From NCBI GenBank assembly GCA_001724265.1, contig MEDY01000052.1:1-64000 (forward strand): 64,000 nucleotides of DNA. The letters are read 5' to 3'. Position 1 is the stretch's first letter; each line of letters opens with the position of its first letter. This document shows positions 1 to 10,714 of the stretch, one piece after another. This stretch comes from Rhizaria sp. SCN 62-66. Lineage: Eukaryota. The notes beneath the pieces are model-generated. The model saw nothing but the letters and a program-made list of their open reading frames with translations, searched no databases and had not been told where the DNA came from. Both the position numbers and the translations under genes were made by a program.

Positions 1-88
<88 letters not shown>

Positions 89-123
89 GCTGTTGTTGTT
101 GTTGTTGTTGTTGTTGCTGCTGT
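1..123. repeat. (TGT)n/(AAC)n trinucleotide microsatellite, in-frame poly-Asn
   Basis: About 40 near-perfect units with a few TGC interruptions; in frame with the minus-strand ORF from 601. Confidence 0.9.
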
Positions 124-601
124 TGCGGAAGCTGCTGTTGGCGTTGCCTTTGTTGCTGCCTTGATTGTTGCTGTCGCTGGCAACCTTGTTGGTGCTGCTG
201 TTGCTGTTGTTTGCGGGCGCCGGTGCGGTGATGGAACGCGGCGGCGCACTGTCCAGGTAAGTCCCTTGCTTACCAGCCAGCGACAGTGCACGCATACGAA
301 CGGAAAGCGGACTGTCACAATTGAGATTACTGTTGGTGCTACTGCTACTGTTGTTGGAGTTGATTTTGCCTTGCATTGTCGTCGTCGTGTCAGCCGGCGC
401 ATTTCCGGTTCCTGTCGCCCTGGCGGGCTGATAGTGGCGAAGGGCACACGTTGCGGATGAGGGATTCCTCGCTTCGCACGCAAACTTGCGGAAGTAGGGG
501 CACAGCCGAACTTTGTGCTTTGTGCAGTCAGTGTCCGCGCAATTGTCGCCATCTTTACACGGCTCATCAGAACCAGACCATAGACCTTTTAGCCACTGCA
601 T
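1..601 (-). CDS. Partial CDS (runs off window start): two CCCH-like Cys/His clusters followed by an Asn/Ser-rich and poly-Asn region
   Basis: Hand translation from ATG 601-599 is open to base 1: MQWLKGLWSGSDEPCKDGDNCADTDCTKHKVRLCPYFRKFACEARNPSSATCALRH...SSFRNSSNNNNN. Absent from the ORF track because no stop lies in the window. An acceptor-like pyrimidine tract plus TAG lies just upstream, so an earlier exon is possible. Confidence 0.7.
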
Positions 602-1297
602 CGGAGCTACAAAGAGGAAAAAAGCACGCAAAAGAGAAGAAAGGTAAGACATAACAAATAATATATAAAAACACTAGAGCAACATGTTTGCTGCAATACA
701 ACATTTTTGACAACATTGACGTTCAATACACTGTTTTATCAGAGTCTTTCATGTGTTCACTTTTTTGGATTACACTACCATGGCCACCACGAACGCTTTT
801 CAGATTTGCTCTGGCCGGCCAATTAACAAAGTAAAGGATTACTTTGCAAGCACCGGTTCTTAAGCCGCTGGATGCATACGTATCAAACATGAATAGCAAC
901 AATAATAAATACAATTCTCGACGAGATTTTCTGTAACTATTGTATTGTTTCAAATTAACTAACAATAACATCGAAACCGCCATTAACGACGTTTGGTACG
1001 TACGGACCAACGTACGTCAAATTGCAGAAATGCTTCTTGACTAGTTACAATTTGACATAGCAGTCACATCATAGAAAGTTTGAGTACAAGTTTGATTCTT
1101 AAGGCGCCTCGCGTGACGTCGGCTCATTCTTCATTACAGCTCGAATAGCACACAAAAACGGCCAGCGCATAAACACACACGAGCGCGACTTCTAGTTACG
1201 TAATACGCGTGTTGTTGTTGCTGTTGTTGTCCATATAATAGTGATTTTTCTTTTCAGCGTTGCTTTTTAGTGTTTAGTGACAGTATAGTTTCTTTGC

Positions 1298-4113
1298 TCA
1301 TGCGCGGTACTTGCTCCAGCGGTGCGCGTGTTTCTTCAGGTACGCGAAGTGGTCCGCGCGCTCCTGTGAGTCCACCGCCTGCGGCAGCAGCCCCTGCTTG
1401 CGCGCAGCGGCCAGGTCCGCGGCCAGGTCCGTCGGCGCGGGGCCCGGCGCGGTCTCGGGCTCAAGCACGTCGTCAGACACCGGGAGCGCGATCTTGAACG
1501 CCACCATGCAGAAGATCTTGCCCGAAGCAATCTTGCGGTGAATCTCGTCGAAATCGACCCACCAACGCGGAAGCTGGCCTTTGCGCGCAACGAGTACCTG
1601 GCGCACGAGCTTCAGCCCCGCCGTCGGGTACACACCGCCCGCCGCGCCCTCACCGGCAGCCGCAGCAGCGGCCATGGCGCCGTTGGCGTCGGCGTCGGCG
1701 TCCTCGACGACAACGCCAGTCTCGGGCGCGGACGCGCGACGCGAGCCCGCCGGTGGCGCGCGGCGACGCGTGGTGGTGCGCGCGACAGCGGCGCCGGTCT
1801 TAACAGCCTCGCTCTGCGCCTGCACACCACCACCGCCGGCAGCGGCGGCGGCGCGGTTTTCCTTGTTCTCCTCCCCGGCGGCGGCCACGGCGGTGGCGGC
1901 GGCGACGGACACGTCGTCCGAGGTGGCGACGGGCTTCTCGCCGCGCGCGCGCATCTCGAGGCGCTCGCGCACGCTCAGCGGCTTACCGTCCGCGCCCAGC
2001 GGCACGGGCGCCGGGGCGCGGCGCGTCGACATCCGCGCCAGCGGCTGCAGCGCGCCGCGCAGCGGCGGCAGCGCGGCGGACTTGCCCGCGCCCAGCGGCG
2101 CCAGCGCGGCGGGGCCCTTGGCGCCGTTGGCACCGCCGGCGGCGCCCGGGAGAGCCTCCTCTTCCTCGGCCTCCTCCTCGTCGTCGTCGGCAGCGCCGCG
2201 GCCGGGCGCTGGGAGGTCGGCGGGGATGTCGCCGCCCTTGAACCAGCCCGTGGGGTCCTCGACCACGGGGGCCTCGTCCTCGGCGGCGCTACGGTCAGGA
2301 GCAGGGGCCTTGGGGGCGTAGAACCGGTACACGTCGTTCTCGCACGAAGCAGGCGCAGACGCAGGAACAAGCGCCTCGCGGACGGCAAACACGCACGCGT
2401 AGTGGTTCTTGAGATGGTAGACCACGGCCGTATCGCGCTGGGCGACAGCGTGGCACAGCAGCTGCCACTGCATGTCGCGGTCCGCCGCCGAGTCTTCGCA
2501 GCCGAGGTCGATCGCGCCGCCGCCAGCCACAAAGGCCGGCACGCGGTACCCCTTGCCGTACACGGGCAGGTACCCCTGACCACCGGTACTCGCGCTACTA
2601 CTCTTAGAGTTCGCGCTCACGTTGGCGGCGTTCGCCTCGGCGCCGAGCGCCCAAGGGTGGAACGTGGGGGTGATGTACGGCGCCGGGCCATACGGCGTCA
2701 GCGCGCCCTCAGCGCCCAGCGCACCGGCCAGCGCGGTAAAACTCTGCACAGCCGCGGGCGTCATGCGCGCGGCCGCCGCGCCCTCAGCGCCGGCGCCCGA
2801 CAGCACAAAGGACCCGTTGGCCGCCGCGATCGCCGTCACGCTCGCGGGCAGCACGGGCGTCGCGCCCGCGGTCGTGGCGGGCGCGGAATAGGCAGGGGTG
2901 AGCTGAGCGCCCAGCATGCGCGCAAGCGCGGCGGGTGCGGGTGCGAACTTGGACCGGCGGCGAAGCAATGTGTGAGCGCGGAGGTCTACCTGGTGCAGGC
3001 GGGCCAGCGCCTTGCAGGCCTGCAGCAGCCCCCAGTTGCCGATGAAGCCCGTGCTGGCGCGTGGGAGCGGGCGCGAGAGCTTCGCAAGCCCCGCCAGCTT
3101 GCGGGAGAGCGCGCGCAGGGCCGCGAGGATCTCGGGCAGCTCGGGCGCGCCGGGCACCGGCGTCGCACCAGCGGCGGCAGCGTTGGGGACCTCGAGGAGC
3201 TCGTACATGACCGAGCCGAAGGGGCCGAGACCGGGGCCCGCGGCAGCGGCGGCGTCGGTGGAGCGCTTGGAGGCGAGAGTGATAAAGTACGAGGACAGAG
3301 CGCCGCGGATCTGCGCGTCGGCCGCGTTGCACGAGGAGCGGGAGTACTTGAGCGACGTGCCGATCTCGGTCAGCACGCCGTCGGGCTAAAATTATAAACA
3401 TTCGACACAAAATTTAATGCAATTTGTCATACGTGTGAGTTTCAGTGATAAAATGCAAATTTACTATCAAGATGAGGAACACCACTTGAAACATTGCATC
3501 ACCGTTAGCAGAGCTCTATATGAGATGTTATTGCGTTGGAGTTGTTACATACCAGCACATCAGCAAGGTCCTTCATGCCGTCGTGTCCGGGGCAGCCGGC
3601 GCGCTGCAGCACGGCGGCCTTGGCCTCTGCGATCTGATCGCGCACAAACTCCTGGTACAGCGCGAGGATATCCTCGGCAGATGCGGGGCGCTCCCACGTC
3701 GGGAACGCCTTCGTGGGCGCAATCGCGCGCTCATCCTCGCTCGCGGGTTTCTCGGTGGGGGCAGCAGCCGTGGGAGCGGGCGTGGCGGCGTCGAGCGCGC
3801 GCTGGGCGGCCTGGTGGCGTGTGTACAGCCAGTTGAGCACGTTGGCGACTGAGGCGGCGGCGCAGGTGGGGCCGCGCTGGTCCTGGAAACCAAGCAGGGT
3901 CGCGCAGGGGGACTGCAGCAGGCCAACGACGGCCACGGGGCTGGGATAGGTGAAGGGTTCGGGGATGTTGTAGACGTTGTAGGCCGCGAGAGTGTCCTTG
4001 TCGGCGCGCACGTTCGAGTTGAGGCCGAAGAGCGCCGGCACCGACAGCGACGAGCGGCGCGACTCGGGGATGATGGGGAACTCACGTTCGTCCAAAAGAC
4101 ACGTGAACATGTC
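1298..4113 (-). CDS. BIVM-like / peptidase C39-like fold protein with low-complexity insertions (at least 2 exons; 5' end unresolved)
   Basis: Exons 4113-3553 and 3385-1298 join in phase 0 (DLADVL|PDGVLTE) across intron 3552-3386 (GTATGT..TAG). Motifs QDQRGPTCAAASVANVLNWLY, IGNWGLL, VYHLKNHYACVFAVRE and VLVARKGQLPRWWVDF resemble the Q..C / H..NHY pattern I recall for BIVM proteins. Ends TGA. Confidence 0.6.
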
Positions 4114-4742
4114 CTAACTAAGATTGCACGCGTCATAAAGAAAACCAACATGTAAGGGAGAAAGGTAAGTGCGGGTTAGACAGGGGTGGAGTTCAAATGA
4201 CATCCTTCAGCAACGGTCAAAATCTTCCACTGGCTTGTCGAAAACACATCATATCACCACAAACATATCGTCACAGTGCGTATAAAATCATGAACAAATA
4301 AAAGGTGCTACTTTGTAGTGTGTCTACACATCATAATGCATTCATAATAATGTTATGTCGCAGAATAGATTGGAATTAGCCCAACGGACAAGCAGCAGTT
4401 GTCATGGCGAACGAAAACGAACTCCGTGGACCGAAAAATGACCCGAAACACGTACGATATTGTGGGCGCCCTCCTTAGACACGTAGAGCACCGCGCTTTT
4501 TCGCCCATCGATTCGTTCTCCGTCTATGCGTCGTCAGTTTGAATATAGGTCTCATTTTTGTATAGAATAACTATTTTTCTCTACAATTCTATAACGTTAC
4601 CCCACTACAGTGTGTTCATACTTCATTACTGTCGATTGAAGTTGGACTCCTTGACACGCTTTTCTCACCTGCTTTGCACTTCCCCCCTTCTCAACCTCGC
4701 CTGACGTTGTTTTTTGCTGTCTGTGCCCCCAGTCCACGCGCG

Positions 4743-5816
4743 ATGTCTTCCGACGCGGGTGGCGGCGACTCCAAGGTCGACAAGGAGGGCGCCAAGGCGA
4801 TCAACAAGGCGCTGTGCAACGGCTGCGGCCACAAGTGGCACTGGACCGAAGTCTTCTTCATCGTTATGTTCGTCGTCGGTGTCGGTATCACCATCGCTAT
4901 TTTCCTCGCTGGCAGCGCCTTCCCGGCCGTCATCGTTGTCATTCTCGGGGCCCTTACGTCACTGACTGCATTCGCCCACGTCTGGAACCTCTGCACTGCG
5001 CGGCGTCTCTCCCTCGCAGCAGACTCGTTGATGCAGACTGTCGAGATTCTCAACCGCGAGAACGAGCGCGCGCTGGCGACCTGCGAGCGCATCAAGAACA
5101 ATAACGACGTGTTTAAGATGGACCTGCAGACGCTCGATGGCTCGCGTAAGCTCATCGGCAAGAGCGTCGTCTCGCTCGACGCCGCCAACAAGAAGCAGGA
5201 GGCTTTCGTCGAGGAAACTCGCCAGATTGTGGAGCGCCGCGAGAAGTTCGGCGAGGAGCTCAAGGCGCTGCTTTCCTCCGAGAACAAGAACGCCGCGAAG
5301 CAGGCCAAAATGAACCTGAAGGAGATGATCATCAACGTCGTGTATGCCAACGACAAGCACGCCGATAGCGACAACGAAAGCAACAACGGCGACCACAGTG
5401 ACGACGGCGGCGGCAATCACAATGAAAGAGACAAGATGCTCAGCTCGCTCTCCGGCGTCCCACTGCGCCGCCAGGAGTCAACCTGGTCTGACCAGCACTC
5501 CACGTCGATGAAATCGGTGCTCGCGCGCGAGAATATCGCCTGGTCGCACGAGATTGCCGATGTCGTCGCGAGTGCGCCGTCGCAATACGAACTCTTCTCC
5601 GCGCTCGACACGTTCCTCGACCTGCACTTCGACGCGCTGGACCAGGACTATATGCGGCTTAAGGAGCTGGAAGAAGAGGCTCTGCAGCTTGAGCTCGACA
5701 TCGGCCGCGCAACAAAGGACAACCTCGAGGCCACGGTCGCCGCGCAGGAGCGTGATCTGATCAATATGCAGCGCAGGCCCGTCACGGAGTTCGACGAAGA
5801 AGGCACGCTCGTCTAA
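4743..5816 (+). CDS. Hypothetical membrane protein: two N-terminal TM helices plus coiled coil
   Basis: Single ORF with strong GC3 bias from ATG 4743. Hydrophobic segments VFFIVMFVVGVGITIAIFLA and VIVVILGALTSLTAF, then a charged helical region. Ends TAA. Confidence 0.75.
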   Translation: MSSDAGGGDSKVDKEGAKAINKALCNGCGHKWHWTEVFFIVMFVVGVGITIAIFLAGSAFPAVIVVILGALTSLTAFAHVWNLCTARRLSLAADSLMQTVEILNRENERALATCERIKNNNDVFKMDLQTLDGSRKLIGKSVVSLDAANKKQEAFVEETRQIVERREKFGEELKALLSSENKNAAKQAKMNLKEMIINVVYANDKHADSDNESNNGDHSDDGGGNHNERDKMLSSLSGVPLRRQESTWSDQHSTSMKSVLARENIAWSHEIADVVASAPSQYELFSALDTFLDLHFDALDQDYMRLKELEEEALQLELDIGRATKDNLEATVAAQERDLINMQRRPVTEFDEEGTLV

Positions 5817-6632
5817 ATCTCCTAACGTCCTAACATTCAAACATCTAAGCGCACGCTGTACGCTGCGAATGAACCTGTTATCGAAGCTTGGTCGTCTGGA
5901 GCGACAAGTGAACAAGGAGCGAAGATATTTTTAGCTTTTTCTGTCGCTGCTGTCATGAGCCATGTCGTCGCTCGCTCGCTCGCTCGCTCGCATGTTGCTT
6001 TCTGTACATCGTTGGTGTAAGCGGTGAACGAGTGAACCAGTGTCTTTTTGAGTGAGTCAATCCGTTGGCGAGTCATTGAAGTCCGTCACTGAGAGTTGTA
6101 ATTTGTTCTGTTATGCTTCCGACGGTACTATCAATCGCAAGCGCAAGAGCTTTCGTCTTACTAGTATTATCATGTTATTTAGTCAACTTACTGTGTTTTT
6201 CCTCGTGTGGTTGTTGAAATGTGTTATAACGTAAAATCTTTGCGTACGCAAGCAATACACACGTATTTTGTGTTTTCCACCTCTGTCATTCGTCCCTTTC
6301 TTGTCCATGTAATGACACTTTCGTGTTCGCATTTCATTATTTCTGTATTCTGTGAATGTTACACGAATCATTTATTCAAATACTATTATAAACTTACATC
6401 ACACAAACCTACAGAACAAAGGATCAAAGATCCCAAACACTGAGACAGGCCCTGCTCCGCTCCAGTATGCACATCGAAAGGCGTTATACCGCCACTTACT
6501 TGCTAAATGACCTTGTGACTCATCCAGTTTCACCACCGCTCGTAGTGATACTCAAAACTGGTGCACCTTCTCACTGTCACTTGCTATTTATGGATTTATG
6601 ACGACAATACTCGCAGTATGTTAAACTCGCAA

Positions 6633-7919
6633 TCAAAACTGGTGCACCTTCTGTGGTGGCCTCGTGTCGCTGGCGACGTACGTATCCACAAGCTGGTACC
6701 GGTACACGTACGCGCGCGCGTAGTCGGCGAAGAAGTACAGCAGCAGCAGCAACGAGAGATACTGAACCCACGCGAACTTGAGCGTCTCCGCAACACCAGG
6801 CTTGTAGAGAATCTCCTGCACAGGAACGGAGAAAGCGAGGGAAGTGGTGAACTCGGCCGCGGCGCCGGAGACAGGGGTCCAGACTGTGGGCACGCGGCGC
6901 ACCAGCTGCAGCGTCTCTGTTGGTGCGTACAGCAAACAGCAGAAGCAAAAGTGAAAAAGAGCAATTGTGTGAGGTAGAGAGCTTAAAAAGCTGGATGAAG
7001 ATCTAATTAACAAATTCATACAAATAAGACATATTTATCGAAAAGGCTCATAAAAGCAAAGATGTAAGTGTGAATCCGTACCGTTGCGCATCAGCACCTG
7101 CTGGTAGACGTTATCTGGCAAGATGTCCGAGACCGACTGCAGCGACGCCGGGGGCAGAATCTGCGTGTTGTATGTGCGGCGTGTGCGGTACGCCGGCACA
7201 GGCACGGTGAAATCAATGAAAAGCCCCGCGCGGTCAGTCACGCGCGCGGCGGGAACGGGGGTGGAACCAGAGAAGACAGCCATACCGAACATCTGCATGC
7301 TGACGATATCGTCCAGCTACACACAGAAGTAAACAGAAACCAGAGTTATTTGTCATGTTAGAGTTGAAACCAAATACAATAGATGTTGAAAAGAGTTTAA
7401 TATGTCATAGTTTAACGACGACTCAATCTGCATCCTTTGACGCCGTCAAATATCTCATTAAGTGACATGTCGTCGTTTGCGTCGTACCTCTGTGTAGAAG
7501 AAGGTCCACGCGGTAGCCTGGTAGATTTCCTCCCCAGGCAGCAGTGGCGTGGTGATATTAATAGAGAACGCGTCCGTCACGCCGTCGTGGTTGCTGTCGG
7601 TGGCGCTGGACGCCACCTGCGACAGCCGCAGCTGCCCGGGGCTGAGCAGCGCGTTGTACTGCGGCATGGTCGACCATGACAGCAGCAGCGGCGCGCCGCC
7701 GGAGGTGCCCTCGAGTGTGACCACAACGCGGTGCTCGAATGTGTGTCGTGGTTGCTCTCGGTAGACGGCCTGTTTGATCCAAAAGCCGTTTGTGGCGTAC
7801 CCGACGAACCACGGAATGAGCAGGATGGCGATGTAAAACCCCAACCAGAAGATCCACGCCAGAGAGAAGCGCGAGTTGGAGTACCGCTTCTGCAGCGGCT
7901 CCGCCCAGATCTCAACCAT
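6633..7919 (-). CDS. TMEM231: Transmembrane protein 231 (ciliary transition zone, MKS complex), 3 exons
   Basis: Exons 7919-7488, 7316-7082 and 6916-6633 splice in frame. Motifs GFWIKQAVYREQP, DSNHDGVTD and YKPGVAETLKFAWVQYLS. Ends TGA. Confidence 0.88.
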
Positions 7920-8532
7920 GCGGCAGCAAGCGGGAGCGGCAAGGCGCGTGTGTAAGAGCGGAAGGTTGGAGAGTTTGTGATCGGGCGCGAGGACGCTGAG
8001 AAAGGAAGGGAGGGCGCGAGGCGGGCTGCTGAAGAAGTGTATCGCAAGAATGTGGAAATAGTCAGCAAGTCCGGGGTCTATTCAAAAAGCACTTAAATAT
8101 ACGATGCATTCATTGTGAATTTATCTGGTACTTGTATAACATTTACAACAACGGACGTTTGATGGGTATCATGAAGTCCAAGTACAGGCCTGTTTGAATC
8201 GGTGACCGCGCCAAAACTACAGAGCCAGCAGCAACTCGCCACAGCTACCCAAGGCGCAATTCACTTGTGTCAAAGTCAAACCGATTCAAAACAACGCGAA
8301 ACAAAGACGTAGGAACAAGCGTGTGATATAAAAAGCTATTGTATTAGAAGAAAATCTGTTCTTAGTTTTCCCTCCTTCATATTATGGTCCCTCCTGCCCT
8401 CCGATACAGCGGACGCGCGCTCGCTTCTCTTCGTCGCCTCGCGCGCGCCCCCGCTCTAGCATACATACTCTGTGTTAAGCCGTCATCCTGACGATCGATC
8501 GTTCCTGCGCTGCGTTATAGGGATTGAAGCGC

Positions 8533-10224
8533 TTACTTCTTGGCGTTAGCGATCTCGGGGAAGTCACCCTTGGCGGCAGGCGCGCCAGAGCCGACCTTGG
8601 AGGCCCAGCCGCCGGCTGCGGGGGTCCACGCCTTGGCGGTCGAGTTAAGCGCACTGCCCTTGGCGGCAGCAGCGTCGCCACTCTTAGCCGCAGCGGGGGC
8701 CATGACAGCAGCGGGGGCAGCAGCAGTAGCGGCGGGAGCGGCAGCGGCAGCGGGAGCAGCGGCGGCGGCCTTGGCACCGAGAGCGACAGGCTTGACGGCG
8801 GGAGCGGGCTGCTTCTTGGCGCCGGCAACAGCGGCAATGACGGCGGCGGCGTTGGCGCCCGCGGGGATCACCACAGGCTCGGTCTTCTTGGTGCTCGCGG
8901 TGGCGGCGGCGGCGGCGGCGGCAGCAGCGGCGGCGGCAGTGGCGGCCTCAGCCTCAGCAGCGGCGGCGGCGGCAGCAGCCTCCTCGGGCGCCGGCGCCAC
9001 GCCGTGCTTCTCCTTGTACTCAAGCACGGGGACGGCGGCGAAGAGGTACGTGCGGAGCGCGGGGGACTGCGCGGCTAGCTCGAGCGCGCACGTGTCCCAG
9101 CCCTGATAATCGGGCCAATCCTGCTCGCGCGCCCAGGGGAGGTCGAGTGCGAAGTGCATGAAGACGGAGCCGAGCGGGCCCGACTCGTTCTTGCGCCACG
9201 ACGGGTGGCCGAAGCGCGGGTGCAGGTGGCGCCATTGGCCCTTGAACAGGTCGGCGATGAAAGCCTCATCGGCGCCCATAAGGGTCTTACGGGCCTCGTA
9301 GGCGAAACCCTGGGGCGCGAGAGCGGACTTGAACACCGTGTACGGGTACACGGGCTCAGGAACGCGCGTGGCCTCGTCGAACTCGGCGGACGCGGCCATA
9401 GCGGCGGCGAGCTCCTCCTCGGTCAGCGAGCGCGCAGCCTCGGCGGCAGCGGCGGCGGCGGCGGCGGCGGCCTTGGCGGCCTGGGCGTCGTCGTCGTCCT
9501 CGGAGTCAGACTCAAGCATGGAGAATTTGGAGTCGTTCTTGGACGCAAACGAGCTCTTGGTGTCGCGCACGGGCACCTGGGGGCCCTTCTTGGGCTTGAC
9601 GGCGAGCATGCGGACGGCGCGCTCGAACTCGGTCTTGTTGGGCTTGAGAACGTAGGTGCAGCCGCGGAGGCCGAGGTCGCGGTAGCTTGCGTCGAACGCC
9701 TTGGACGTGATCACCTGGTTGTGCTGCGCGGCGTCGTTGGGGCGCAGGAGCGCGGTGCAGATCGCAGCGGGCGCGGACACCTTGAAGATGTTGTCGGGGT
9801 TGGCGGCGCACACGTGGTCAGCGTCGAGGAGAACGATCTTCTCGAACTTGGTCAGGTTGAGCGCGTTGAGCTTGGTGAAGGCCTTGGACATCCAGGCAAG
9901 CTTCGAGTCCTGCTTCTTGTCGTTGCGGCGCTTGAGCGGGATCTTGACGTCGATGATGGGGACCTCGACGACCTCAGTGAAGACGGACGCAAGCAGCTTG
10001 CGACTCGCCTCAGAGACGTCGGAGGACACCTGGGCGACGAGAGCGGCGGTAGAGCCGGCCTTCTTGATCGAATGGGCAAGAATAAGCGCGCCGGGCACGT
10101 AGGTGTCACCAAGGAAAACGGTGATGACGAAGGCGTGCTTGGCCGGCTCAGCGACGTACTGCTCCTCGACAACCACCTCGGGCGTCGTCTGCGCAACCTC
10201 CTCGACAGTCTTATCAGCGTCCAT
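8533..10224 (-). CDS. Glycosyltransferase family 8 (glycogenin-like) with Ala-rich C-terminal tail
   Basis: YVPGALILAHSIKKAGS, AFTKLNALNLTKFEKIVLLDAD (DxD), GADEAFI, MHFALDLPW. Ends TAA. Confidence 0.85.
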   Translation of the reverse strand: MDADKTVEEVAQTTPEVVVEEQYVAEPAKHAFVITVFLGDTYVPGALILAHSIKKAGSTAALVAQVSSDVSEASRKLLASVFTEVVEVPIIDVKIPLKRRNDKKQDSKLAWMSKAFTKLNALNLTKFEKIVLLDADHVCAANPDNIFKVSAPAAICTALLRPNDAAQHNQVITSKAFDASYRDLGLRGCTYVLKPNKTEFERAVRMLAVKPKKGPQVPVRDTKSSFASKNDSKFSMLESDSEDDDDAQAAKAAAAAAAAAAEAARSLTEEELAAAMAASAEFDEATRVPEPVYPYTVFKSALAPQGFAYEARKTLMGADEAFIADLFKGQWRHLHPRFGHPSWRKNESGPLGSVFMHFALDLPWAREQDWPDYQGWDTCALELAAQSPALRTYLFAAVPVLEYKEKHGVAPAPEEAAAAAAAAEAEAATAAAAAAAAAAAATASTKKTEPVVIPAGANAAAVIAAVAGAKKQPAPAVKPVALGAKAAAAAPAAAAAPAATAAAPAAVMAPAAAKSGDAAAAKGSALNSTAKAWTPAAGGWASKVGSGAPAAKGDFPEIANAKK

Positions 10225-10714
10225 TAGAAGCACTATTCCGCAGCGAGGGCAAGTGAAAGGAAAGAAAAATGTGAGTAAATCGTGTAAGCTTCGCGTTGCA
10301 AAATGTATGATTGGGATCCAACTTGTGTGTAGACGGCGAGCGCTGGCGAAAGTCAGAAGACCCGGTTCGAGCGCCTTTTGGTGCGAGATGCGGCGACTGC
10401 ACAGACCGCGCTACCGATCGTCAAGCCGACCATAAAGACACATATGCTTCGCAGAAAAATGGAAATTCTACTATCTATAGATACCAGCACCGCTGGGCCT
10501 GATTTAAACCCCGAGATATCCGAGGATTTGTCCCGCGGCCCCCACCTCCCACATTCGCTCAGAAAAAATGTGGACCCTCATTTTTTGCGAACTGCGATCG
10601 CCCAACCCAACCACAAAAAAAAATATGGCTGCCACCTCGTCAGCGATCTCGAAGGTGCAACTTGATCGTCTTTTCTTATTGTGTACTCTTTGTGACCGCA
10701 ATTAATACCGGACG

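Noticed and set aside
1-123. (TGT)n at the window edge as a telomeric repeat
   Set aside because: It is in frame with, and grades into, an Asn/Ser-rich coding region; it is not a known telomere unit.
988-1018. Imperfect palindrome rich in ACGT/GTAC
   Set aside because: A single short instance; no evidence for a transposon end or structured RNA.
3386-3388. Other in-frame TAGs at exon starts (3388-3386, 4116-4114, 42036-42034)
   Set aside because: They follow AT/pyrimidine-rich tracts and behave as 3' splice acceptors, so they were not counted as recoded codons.
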